DNA from: Candidatus Eiseniibacteriota bacterium
Lineage (GTDB): Bacteria; Eisenbacteria; RBG-16-71-46; SZUA-252
Direction: 5' to 3'
NCBI GenBank assembly: GCA_963703225.1
Contig: OY969801.1
Coordinates: 2,912,001-2,976,000, forward strand
DNA length: 64,000 bases
A program made the position numbers and the translations under genes. The notes beneath the pieces were generated by a model. The model had not been told where the DNA came from. It saw only the letters and a list, made by a program, of their open reading frames with translations, and ran no database searches. Below, piece after piece: positions 56,222 through 64,000 of the stretch (the first letter of the stretch is position 1; each line of letters begins with the position of its first letter).

Positions 56222-58243
56222 TTATAAAAGCTGTCTGGGGTCGACGTCGATCGCCACGTGGATCCCCGAGGGACGCCTTGAGCGGAGCCCCGGAAGCGCT
56301 CGGTCCAGCACCGTGCGGAGCGCCTTTCGGGACGCGGAGCGGAGGAGGAGGTGCCATCGCTCCATATTTTTGATGCGCGAAAGCGCTTTCGGTGCGGGGC
56401 CGAGGATCGAGACCCCGGTCCCGGACGCGAATCGGGTGAGCGCCCGGCGGATCTCGGCGGCGGTCTCCATCACCCGCTCCTTCGCTCGGCCTCGAATCTC
56501 GATCTCGACCAGATGCCCGAATGGAGGATAGGCCAGCTCGCGTCGGTCCGCCGCCTCCAGCGCGAAGAAGGCGCCGTAGTCCTGCGCGGCGGCGCACCGA
56601 AGCGCGGGATGATCGGGGTCGTAGGACTGCATGATCACCTCGCCCGGGCTCTCGCCCCGCCCCGCCCTCCCGGCCACCTGCGTGAGAATCTGGAACGTCC
56701 GCTCCCCCGCCCGGAAATCGGGAAGGTGGAGCTGGAGATCGGCGAGGATGATCCCGACAAGCGTGACGCCCGGAAAGTGGAATCCCTTCGCCACCATCTG
56801 CGTTCCCAGGAGAAAGTCGGTCCGGCCGTCCCGGAACGCACCCAGGATGGACGCGGCGGCGCCGCGCCGGCGCGTCGCGTCCAGATCCAGCCGCGCGAGG
56901 CGCGCCCGAGGATAGATCCGCGCGACCTCGCTCTCGATCTTCTGGATTCCGACTCCGCCGAACCAGAGATCGGTCGCGCCGCAGCCGGGGCAGGCCGGCA
57001 TGAGCTTCCGCTGCGCGCCGCAATAGTGGCAGCGGAGCATCGAGTCCTCCGCGTGGACCGTGAGCGAGACGTCGCACCGCGTGCACTCGGCCACCGCGCC
57101 GCAGCCTTTGCATTGGAGGTAGGTGGAGTGGCCGCGGCGGTTCAGGAACAGAATCCCCTGCTCCTTTCGCTCCAGCGTCCGCGCCATCGCTTCAATCAGG
57201 AGAGGGCTGAGAAACCGCGAGGTCGGCGCCTCTTCAAGGGGCCGCCGGGAGCGGATCCTGAGATCGGCCACCCGCACGGTCGCGAGGGGACGGCCGTCGA
57301 CGCGCCGCGGAAGATGGAGCAGCTGATAGGGGCCCCTCACGGCCCGGGCGTAGGACTCCAAGCTTGGCGTCGCCGAGGAGAGCACCACCGTCGCTCCGAG
57401 CCGCTGGGCGCGGACCAGCGCGACGTCGCGCGCATGGTAGCGCGGCGATTCCTCCTGCTTGTAGGCGCCGTCCTGCTCCTCGTCGACCACCAGGAACTTG
57501 AGGTCGCGGAACGGAAGCAGAACGGCCGATCGCGTCCCCACCACGAGGTCCAGCTCCCCGGCCGCCGCGGCGCGCCAGACTTCGGCCCGCTCCCGGGGGC
57601 GAAGGGTCGAGTGATAGATCGCCACGCGTTGGAGCCCGCTCCGGCGAAACGCGTCGAGCGCTTGAGGGGAGAGCGCGATCTCGGGGACGAGGATGAGCGC
57701 CTGCCCGCCCCCGCGGACCGCCTCCAAGGCGGCGTGGAGGTAGACCGCGGTCTTCCCGCTTCCGGTGACGCCGTAGAGAAGGAACGGGCGAAACGCGCGC
57801 TCGCCGACCGCTTCCTCGAGCGCCTCGAGCGCCACCCTCTGATCGGGATTGAGCGCCTCCCGCGCGGGCGGCTCCGTGGCGTTCCATCCGCCGGTCTCGT
57901 CCGGCTCCGGTTTCATCGCGCGGTGTTTCAGCCCTGTGGGCGAGGGCGCGGCCGCGTGGAGCACCTCGCCCAGCGAGCTGGCGTAGTAGTCGGCCACCCA
58001 GCGGCAGAGCTCAACCAGCTCCGCGGTGAGGACAAGCCTTGGCTCTGGGATTCCCGAGATCCGCCGAATGGGAAAGGCGGGGCGCTTGGGCTCGACGTCG
58101 AGTACCGTTCCCCAGACCCGGCGCGCACCCACCGGCACCAGGACCCTCAAGCCCGCCTGAAATTCCTCGTCCTCGGGCAGCTCGTAGACGAGCGTCTCCC
58201 GATCGGGCAGGGGAATGGGAACGGCGACCTTGACCAGGCTCAT
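56222..58243 (-). CDS. priA: Primosomal protein N' (replication restart helicase)
   Basis: GVTGSGKT, LVPEIAL, DEEQD, SATPSLES, LNRRG, four CxxC pairs, GTQMVAKG, QVAGRAGR; ATG at 58243. Confidence 0.96.
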   Translation of the reverse strand: MSLVKVAVPIPLPDRETLVYELPEDEEFQAGLRVLVPVGARRVWGTVLDVEPKRPAFPIRRISGIPEPRLVLTAELVELCRWVADYYASSLGEVLHAAAPSPTGLKHRAMKPEPDETGGWNATEPPAREALNPDQRVALEALEEAVGERAFRPFLLYGVTGSGKTAVYLHAALEAVRGGGQALILVPEIALSPQALDAFRRSGLQRVAIYHSTLRPRERAEVWRAAAAGELDLVVGTRSAVLLPFRDLKFLVVDEEQDGAYKQEESPRYHARDVALVRAQRLGATVVLSSATPSLESYARAVRGPYQLLHLPRRVDGRPLATVRVADLRIRSRRPLEEAPTSRFLSPLLIEAMARTLERKEQGILFLNRRGHSTYLQCKGCGAVAECTRCDVSLTVHAEDSMLRCHYCGAQRKLMPACPGCGATDLWFGGVGIQKIESEVARIYPRARLARLDLDATRRRGAAASILGAFRDGRTDFLLGTQMVAKGFHFPGVTLVGIILADLQLHLPDFRAGERTFQILTQVAGRAGRGESPGEVIMQSYDPDHPALRCAAAQDYGAFFALEAADRRELAYPPFGHLVEIEIRGRAKERVMETAAEIRRALTRFASGTGVSILGPAPKALSRIKNMERWHLLLRSASRKALRTVLDRALPGLRSRRPSGIHVAIDVDPRQLL

Positions 58244-58277
58244 GAGGGACGGATGGTAGCACTGAAGCCGGCGAGAA

Positions 58278-58679
58278 CTACGTGGAGGAGGCGGGCTTCT
58301 CCGTGACGGCTTGACCGAGGAGCTGATTGATCCGCTCGACCAGCTTCCGCGGGCTGAACGGCTTGGTGATGTAGTCGTCGGCGCCGACGTCAAACCCCAG
58401 CTTCTGGTCGACATTCCGGCCCTTGGCGGAGAGAAGGATGACGGGAATCTGGCGCGTCTCGGGGCTCGACTTGATGGCCTTGCAGACCTCGTATCCGTCC
58501 AGCTTCGGCATCATGATGTCGAGCACGATGAGGTCGGGCTTGTCGCTCTTCATCTTCTCGAGCGCCTGCTCCCCATCGAGCGCCGTGATGACCTCGTAGC
58601 CTTCCATCCCCAGGCTGAAGTCGAGGATGTGGACGATGTAGATCTCATCGTCGACTACGAGAATCTTTCCCTTAGACAT
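58278..58679 (-). CDS. Single-domain response regulator (receiver)
   Basis: ILVVDDE, DLIVLDIMMPKLDG, LSAK, YITKPF; no output domain. Confidence 0.94.
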   Translation of the reverse strand: MSKGKILVVDDEIYIVHILDFSLGMEGYEVITALDGEQALEKMKSDKPDLIVLDIMMPKLDGYEVCKAIKSSPETRQIPVILLSAKGRNVDQKLGFDVGADDYITKPFSPRKLVERINQLLGQAVTEKPASST

Positions 58680-58723
58680 TGGACTCCCTCCGAATCGCCC
58701 CTATCAAGTGCTGTATCGGCCCC

Positions 58724-61303
58724 TCACGCGGCTTCTGGAGCCCGAATCATGTCGGCAACCTTTTGCGTGCCAAACAGTTGCGTGAAGGCGTCTACGACCT
58801 TGGGATCGAACTGCGATCCGACGCACCGGCGGAGCTCGCGGACGGCCTCGTCGTGGCTCATCGCCTGGCGGTAGGGCCGCCCCGCCGTCATCGACTCGTA
58901 GGCGTCGACCACCGAGATGATCCGCGCGCCCAGAGGGATCTGATCGCCCTTGAGTCCCCGCGGGTAACCGCGGCCGTCCATCCGCTCGTGGTGCGCCATG
59001 ATGATTTCGGACACCTGCTCCTGGAACTCGATCGGTTTTACGATTTCCACGGTGCGCGCCGGATGCTGCGCCACCTGGGCCCAAGTCTCGGGATCGAGCC
59101 GGCCGGGCTCGTGGAGGACCGAGGGAGCGATGTGGGCCATGCCGACGTCGTGGATGCTGGCGACGTAGGCGAGGACGCTGACCTCCTCTTCGGACACGCC
59201 GAGGCGTCGGGCCACCGCGACCGCGCGGTGCGCCATGCTTCCCGAAGTGAGCTTGAGACGGCTCCGCCGGGCATTGTCGATGATCGCGGAGAGAGCCTGC
59301 GAAGCCTTCTCCACCTTCTCGGCGCTTTCGTCATGATGGGAGGCCTGCTGCCAGGCGCGGGCCACCCGTTCGGCGAGCGAGGTCAGGAGGGCCTGATCGT
59401 CCTCGGTGAACGGGGTGCAGGAGACCTTGTTGTTGATGTTGATGACCCCCACGACGCGCCCGTCGATCTTCACGGGAACCGAGAGGAGCGACTTGGTCTC
59501 GTACTGGTGGCTGTTTCGTCTGCCGAACCGGGGATCCTCCTCGACGTCGGTCACGAGGAGCGGCGTCCCGTGCTTCGCAACCCAACCGGCGATCGAATCC
59601 CCCATCTTGATCCGGGTGCCGCAGACCACCTCTTCCCGAAGCCCGCGCGCGGCCCTGATGTAAAGCTCCTCGTGCTCCTCGTCGACGAGCATGAGGGACG
59701 CGATCCGGGCGTTCATCACCTCGGCCACCATCTCCACGGTGAGCCGCGTCAGGTGATCGGAAACCGAGCGACCCGGGGACCAGGACGCATGGGTGAAGAC
59801 CCCGGCGTCGCCGGGGGTCACCGGGAGCACGACGGTGAACCGGGCCCCGTGGCCCGGCTCGCTCTCCGCTTCGATCTCGCCGCCGTGCCACTCAACGATG
59901 CTCTTGGCCACGGACAGCCCAAGACCCACGCCGGGGTACTCGCGGGAGAGACGGTTGTCGCTCTGGTAGAACTTGTCGAAGATCTTGCTGATCTCCTCCT
60001 TCGCGATGCCGATTCCGGTGTCCTCGACCGTGACGCGGACGGTGCGCCCCTCGCTGGATGCCCGGAACGTGACGCGTCCGCCTTCCGTCGTGAACTTGAT
60101 CGCGTTGTTCCCCAGATTCAGCAGGACCCGGCGCAGGAGACCCCGGTCGGCCTCCACGATCATCTCCCGGACGGCGGGCTCGGCCTGCAAGGTGATCGCC
60201 TTCGTCTGAGCCAGGAGGCCCAGCTGGCCCACGACCTCCTCGATCACCTCCACCAGGTTGAACGGCTCGCGCTGCATCCGAAAGCGGCCCGACTCGAGCT
60301 GGCTCAACTCCAGAATGGAGTCGATGAGCCGCTTCAACTTCAGGCTCTGCTCGTCGATCACCTTGAGGAAATCGCGCTGCATGTCGACGTTGGCGCTTCC
60401 GACGTTGTCGAGGAGCGCCTCCACGTACGCGCGGATCCCGGTCAACGGGGTGCGGAGCTCGTGTGAGACGACCGAGACGAACGACGATTTCAGGTCGCCC
60501 AGCTCCTCCGCCCTGTCGGTCGCCTCCTCGAGCTGACGCATGCTCGCGTTCAGCCGCTCGTAGAGGGAGGCGTTCTGGAGGGCCACCACCGCGTGCGCTG
60601 CCAGGATCTCGATGGTCTCCACCACCTCGCGGGTCGGGATTTTCCGATCGATCGGGTCGTCGACCGAGAGGTAGCCGATGAGGGATCCATCCTTCGTATG
60701 AAGCGGCACGAACAGGACGTCGTCCTGGTGCCACTCGCCGTCCTTCCGCACCCCGAGGTCAGGCGTGTACCCCTCCTCGTCGTCCTCGGGCCAGAAGTTC
60801 ACCTTGTGGCTGATGAAGTAGGAGCGGCTCACCCGGAACTCGTCCCTGAGCCAGCTCTCGAATTCCGCCTTCGGCACGCTGTGGCGCTCGAGCTTTTCGA
60901 TCGCCTCGCGCTCGAGCCCGGCAAACGCCCGCGCCTCGAACGCGCCGCCCCGCTCGTCCAGCACGCGAAGCAGGACGATTCGAAAGCCGACCGCGTCGGA
61001 GACCGCGTTCACGATCTCGTGGAGAACCTTGTCCAGGGTCAGGTCGGAGTTGATCGATGTCGCGATCTCGAGGACCTTTTTCAGGCGCGCCGCCTGCTTG
61101 CGGCTCGTGAGGAGCTGGTTCCGGTAGAGGCGGCCCATTTCGTCGGTCGCCTGGGTGAGCTGCTCGTTTCGCTGCATGACGACGTCGTAGGAACCCTTGA
61201 GCGTCTGCACTTCCTGATTGAGCGTCCGTCGGTGGCGCACCTGCTCCACCAGGAGAAGCGCGGAGGCGGCCAGCGCCCAGGTGAGGTCGATCGACGGCAT
61301 CAT
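58724..61303 (-). CDS. Hydrophobic anchor-GAF-HisKA-HATPase-GAF-HD-GYP fusion protein
   Basis: Start ATG 61303 (MMPSIDLTWALA) coupled to the upstream stop; SHELRTPL, NLGNNAIKF, DTGIGI, GVGLGL; GAF NNK...FTEDD; HDVG, HHERMDGRGYP. Confidence 0.9.
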   Translation of the reverse strand: MMPSIDLTWALAASALLLVEQVRHRRTLNQEVQTLKGSYDVVMQRNEQLTQATDEMGRLYRNQLLTSRKQAARLKKVLEIATSINSDLTLDKVLHEIVNAVSDAVGFRIVLLRVLDERGGAFEARAFAGLEREAIEKLERHSVPKAEFESWLRDEFRVSRSYFISHKVNFWPEDDEEGYTPDLGVRKDGEWHQDDVLFVPLHTKDGSLIGYLSVDDPIDRKIPTREVVETIEILAAHAVVALQNASLYERLNASMRQLEEATDRAEELGDLKSSFVSVVSHELRTPLTGIRAYVEALLDNVGSANVDMQRDFLKVIDEQSLKLKRLIDSILELSQLESGRFRMQREPFNLVEVIEEVVGQLGLLAQTKAITLQAEPAVREMIVEADRGLLRRVLLNLGNNAIKFTTEGGRVTFRASSEGRTVRVTVEDTGIGIAKEEISKIFDKFYQSDNRLSREYPGVGLGLSVAKSIVEWHGGEIEAESEPGHGARFTVVLPVTPGDAGVFTHASWSPGRSVSDHLTRLTVEMVAEVMNARIASLMLVDEEHEELYIRAARGLREEVVCGTRIKMGDSIAGWVAKHGTPLLVTDVEEDPRFGRRNSHQYETKSLLSVPVKIDGRVVGVININNKVSCTPFTEDDQALLTSLAERVARAWQQASHHDESAEKVEKASQALSAIIDNARRSRLKLTSGSMAHRAVAVARRLGVSEEEVSVLAYVASIHDVGMAHIAPSVLHEPGRLDPETWAQVAQHPARTVEIVKPIEFQEQVSEIIMAHHERMDGRGYPRGLKGDQIPLGARIISVVDAYESMTAGRPYRQAMSHDEAVRELRRCVGSQFDPKVVDAFTQLFGTQKVADMIRAPEAA

Positions 61304-63666
61304 GGTTCCGCCCCCACGGCGCGCGGGCGCGGCGCCGGTCCGGCGGTGGCGAGCAGAAGGACGAACTCCTCGACCACGCGGGGATCGAACTGGGTCCCGG
61401 CGCAGCGGCGAAGCTCGGCGATGGCTTCTTCCTCGGAGAAGGGCTCGCGGTAGGGCCGCCCGCCTGTCATCGACTCGTAGGCGTCCAGAATCGCCAGGAT
61501 TCTCGCCGCGAGCGGGATCTCCTCTCCCTTCAGGCCGCGCGGATAGCCGTGCCCGTCGAAGTGCTCGTGATGGCTCAGGATGATCGCGTTCACCTTGGGG
61601 GCAGCCTCGATCGGCTTGAGGAGCTGGACGCCCGCCTGCGGATGCCCCTCGATCCGGCGATGCTCGCTCTCGGTCCACCGCCGGGAGCTCATGAGGAGGT
61701 CCTCCCCCACCGAGAGCATCCCGATGTCGTGGATCTTGGCGACGTAGCCGAGGACCGCGATCTCTTCCTCCGCCATCCGGAGCCGCCGCCCGAGGTCGGA
61801 GGCGAGCTTGAACGCGCGGCGCGAGTTGGGGAGGAGGTGCGAGCGGCGCGCGCGGACGATGGCGCGCACGGTCGTCAGCATGGCGGTGATATCGCCCGAC
61901 TCGCTGGCGGCGCGGACACGCTCCATGGCCAGGCCGATCCGCCGGGCGATCGCCACGAGAAGGTTGAGATCGTCCTGGTCGAAGGGCACGCCCGTGGACT
62001 TGTTGTTCACGTTCACGACCCCGACCGTCTCTCCGCCGACCTTGAGGGGAACGCAGAGGAGCGACTTGGTCTCGTACTGAGGGTGGTTCATCTTCCGGAA
62101 GCGGCGGTCGTTCTCGATATCGGTGACGCAGAGATTCTCCGAGGTCTGGGCCACCCAGCCCGCGATGGAGTCGCCGATCTTGACGCGAGCTCGGGCCACC
62201 ATGTCCTTGTCCAGCCCGTACGCGGCCTGGATGAGAAGCTCGGCGCCCGATTCGTCGCAGAACATGAGCGAAACGATCCGCGCCTCCATGACCTCGGCCA
62301 CCATCTCGACGCAGCTCTGGAGCAGCGCCTGGAGCTCGGGACGCTCGAAGAAGGGTGAGAGGGATCGCATCAGGTCGCGGAACCCGTGCTGGCGAAGCGG
62401 CAGCTCGATCACGAAGCGGCTGCCCTGGCCCACGACGCTCTCGACGCGGATCGTCCCCCCGTGGAGCTCCACCACGCTCTTCACGATCGCGAGGCCCAAT
62501 CCGGTCCCGGCGACGCGCTCGGCACTGCTTTCCTCGATTCGATAGAAGCGCTCGAACACCCGGGCCAGCTTGTCGGGCGGGATCCCCATCCCTTGGTCCT
62601 CGACCGCGAGGGTCAGCCGCTCCCCGCTCCGGGAGACCCGGACCGTGACGTCGGTCGACGGACGGGAGAACTTGGCGGCGTTGTTGATCAGGTTGACCAG
62701 GACCTGCTTCATGAGGTCGGGATCGGCCTCGATGGGCGGGAGACCCCGCTCGAGGGCCGGGATCAGGTGGAGCCGCTTCTGGGTCAGCTCGGGCGCGACG
62801 GTCGGCGTGATCTCCTCGAGCAGCTTGGCCAACGAGAGCGGCTCCGCCTTGAGCCGGCGGCGGCCCGACTCCATACGGCTCAGGTCGAGAACGTCGTTCA
62901 CGATCCGCGAGAGGCGGTCGCACTCTTCGTTCACGATCCCGAGGAATTTCTCCTGCATGTTGAACTCGGGCGTGTCGAGGTTGTCGAGGAGCGTTTCGGT
63001 GTAGGCCTTGATCGCGGTCAGAGGGGTGCGAAGCTCGTGCGAGACGACCGAGATGAGATCGGACTTGGACTCGTCCATCCGGCGAAGCGCCATACTCGCC
63101 TCATCCAGCCGCCGCCGCTTGTCCTCCAGCTCGGAGTGCGTCCGGATCCGGTCGACCGCCAGCCCGATCTGATCGGCGAGGAAGAGGAGCACCCGCCGGC
63201 GGCGGTCGGTGACCGGGACCTTCCGGCGGTAGCCGATGACCGCCACGCCGAGGAGCGACGTACCGACCACGATCGGGATTCCGATCAGCGTCTCGGGCGG
63301 GCCCCCGCGCCACGTGAGCTCGTCTCCGCTCAGGCGGATCCGATTCGGATCTTCGACGACGAGCGTCTCCCGGCGGAGGATTCGGCCCAGGAAGCTCGTG
63401 GGCTGCGGCGTGACCCGCCCCTGGCCGATGGAGCCGCTGGTTCCCCGCTCGAAGTGGTTTCCGTCCAGCTCGCCCGTCTCGTAGTCGAGGAGAAGGAGCG
63501 AGAAGCGGTCGGCCCGCGCCAGGTCGAGCACGCTCTCGGCGAGGGAGGTGACCAGCCCGTGGGTGTCGAAGGCGGATTGGACGGCGAAGCTCAGACTCCC
63601 GAGACTGGCGATCAGCCTGAGAGGAGTCCTCCCCTCGGGTGCGGATCCCGGCGACGGCGGCGTCAC
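61300..63666 (-). CDS. GAF-HisKA-HATPase-GAF-HD-GYP fusion protein (paralog of the downstream gene)
   Basis: GTG 63666 after GGAGG; SHELRTPL, NLINNAAKF, DQGMGI, GTGLGL; GAF NNK...FDQDD; HDIG, HHEHFDGHGYP. Confidence 0.9.
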   Translation of the reverse strand: MTPPSPGSAPEGRTPLRLIASLGSLSFAVQSAFDTHGLVTSLAESVLDLARADRFSLLLLDYETGELDGNHFERGTSGSIGQGRVTPQPTSFLGRILRRETLVVEDPNRIRLSGDELTWRGGPPETLIGIPIVVGTSLLGVAVIGYRRKVPVTDRRRRVLLFLADQIGLAVDRIRTHSELEDKRRRLDEASMALRRMDESKSDLISVVSHELRTPLTAIKAYTETLLDNLDTPEFNMQEKFLGIVNEECDRLSRIVNDVLDLSRMESGRRRLKAEPLSLAKLLEEITPTVAPELTQKRLHLIPALERGLPPIEADPDLMKQVLVNLINNAAKFSRPSTDVTVRVSRSGERLTLAVEDQGMGIPPDKLARVFERFYRIEESSAERVAGTGLGLAIVKSVVELHGGTIRVESVVGQGSRFVIELPLRQHGFRDLMRSLSPFFERPELQALLQSCVEMVAEVMEARIVSLMFCDESGAELLIQAAYGLDKDMVARARVKIGDSIAGWVAQTSENLCVTDIENDRRFRKMNHPQYETKSLLCVPLKVGGETVGVVNVNNKSTGVPFDQDDLNLLVAIARRIGLAMERVRAASESGDITAMLTTVRAIVRARRSHLLPNSRRAFKLASDLGRRLRMAEEEIAVLGYVAKIHDIGMLSVGEDLLMSSRRWTESEHRRIEGHPQAGVQLLKPIEAAPKVNAIILSHHEHFDGHGYPRGLKGEEIPLAARILAILDAYESMTGGRPYREPFSEEEAIAELRRCAGTQFDPRVVEEFVLLLATAGPAPRPRAVGAEP

Positions 63667-64000
63667 GCGCCCTCCGACTCCGTCGTCTCCCGCGCCGGAA
63701 GGACCAGCGTGCCGTCGGACCGGCGGTCGGGGATCACGCAACTCCCCTTCTTCGCCTTGCCGATCTTCTTCAGCTCCTTGGCCACGTCGGCTACCTGGGC
63801 GCTGTGCTGGATGTCGCGCGCGACGTTGGTCACGATCAGGATGGTGATGGAGAGGATCTCAAAGTTCTGGACGCCGCCCTGGCGGCTGGAGTGGACGGTG
63901 ATGTGACCCCGGTTCCGGTCCTCGGGGTCGTACTGCTCGCCGATCGTCGCGTCGAACTGGATCAGGATCTCGTCGGCGATCCGTAGCGCGCGCTCCGGAA
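63663..64000 (-). CDS. C-terminal part of a GGDEF-like (diguanylate cyclase) protein; truncated by the window edge
   Basis: Manual translation: PERALRIADEILIQFDATIGEQYDPEDRNRGHITVHSSRQGGVQNFEILSITILIVTN...QVADVAKELKKIGKAKKGSCVIPDRR. Resembles the post-active-site half of a GGDEF subfamily; the active site is outside the window. Confidence 0.7.
   Translation of the reverse strand, partial: PERALRIADEILIQFDATIGEQYDPEDRNRGHITVHSSRQGGVQNFEILSITILIVTNVARDIQHSAQVADVAKELKKIGKAKKGSCVIPDRRSDGTLVLPARETTESEGA

Noticed and set aside
58724..62923. 1399-aa single ORF in the track
   Set aside because: The first ~540 aa are an Arg/Pro/Gly-rich off-frame read of the upstream paralog. The real start is ATG 61303, coupled to the stop at 61300.

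Overview
High-GC bacterial chromosome segment, mostly housekeeping genes on the minus strand. My impression from gene content is an FCB-related soil lineage such as Ca. Eisenbacteria, but this is unverified. 1-18.7 kb: transcription/translation superoperon (tRNA-Thr/Tyr/Gly/Thr, tufB, rpmG, tRNA-Trp, secE, nusG, rplKAJL, rpoBC, rpsL, rpsG, fusA, tufA, rpsJ, rplC) with two near-identical tuf copies. 18.7-34.8 kb: yicC-gmk-rpoZ-coaBC-udg-dnaB-mlaEFD-radA-ispDF-ddl-mscS-cysS-sensor kinase. 46.3-58.2 kb: priA, TPR protein, rho-rpmE-DUF1385-prfA-prmC-murA-selB. 58.3-64 kb: c-di-GMP/two-component cluster with two tandem histidine kinase/HD-GYP fusions. The accessory block at 34.8-46.3 kb holds the best candidate for an undescribed system. 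A small secreted precursor-like protein is encoded directly upstream of a TPR-sensor sigma54 enhancer-binding protein. A 20-bp palindrome (GTGnGACA-N4-TGTCnCAC) sits at that operon's promoter and occurs twice 5 kb away, upstream of an orphan sigma54 -24/-12 promoter. That promoter reads into a ~240-nt structured region with no substantial ORF that carries an anti-Shine-Dalgarno sequence (candidate sRNA). A TetR plus secreted S41 peptidase pair lies in between. Together this suggests a peptide-sensing (RRNPP-like) input wired to a LuxO/Qrr-like sigma54-sRNA output; the functional links are inference. No CRISPR array, transposase, integrase or rRNA was seen.
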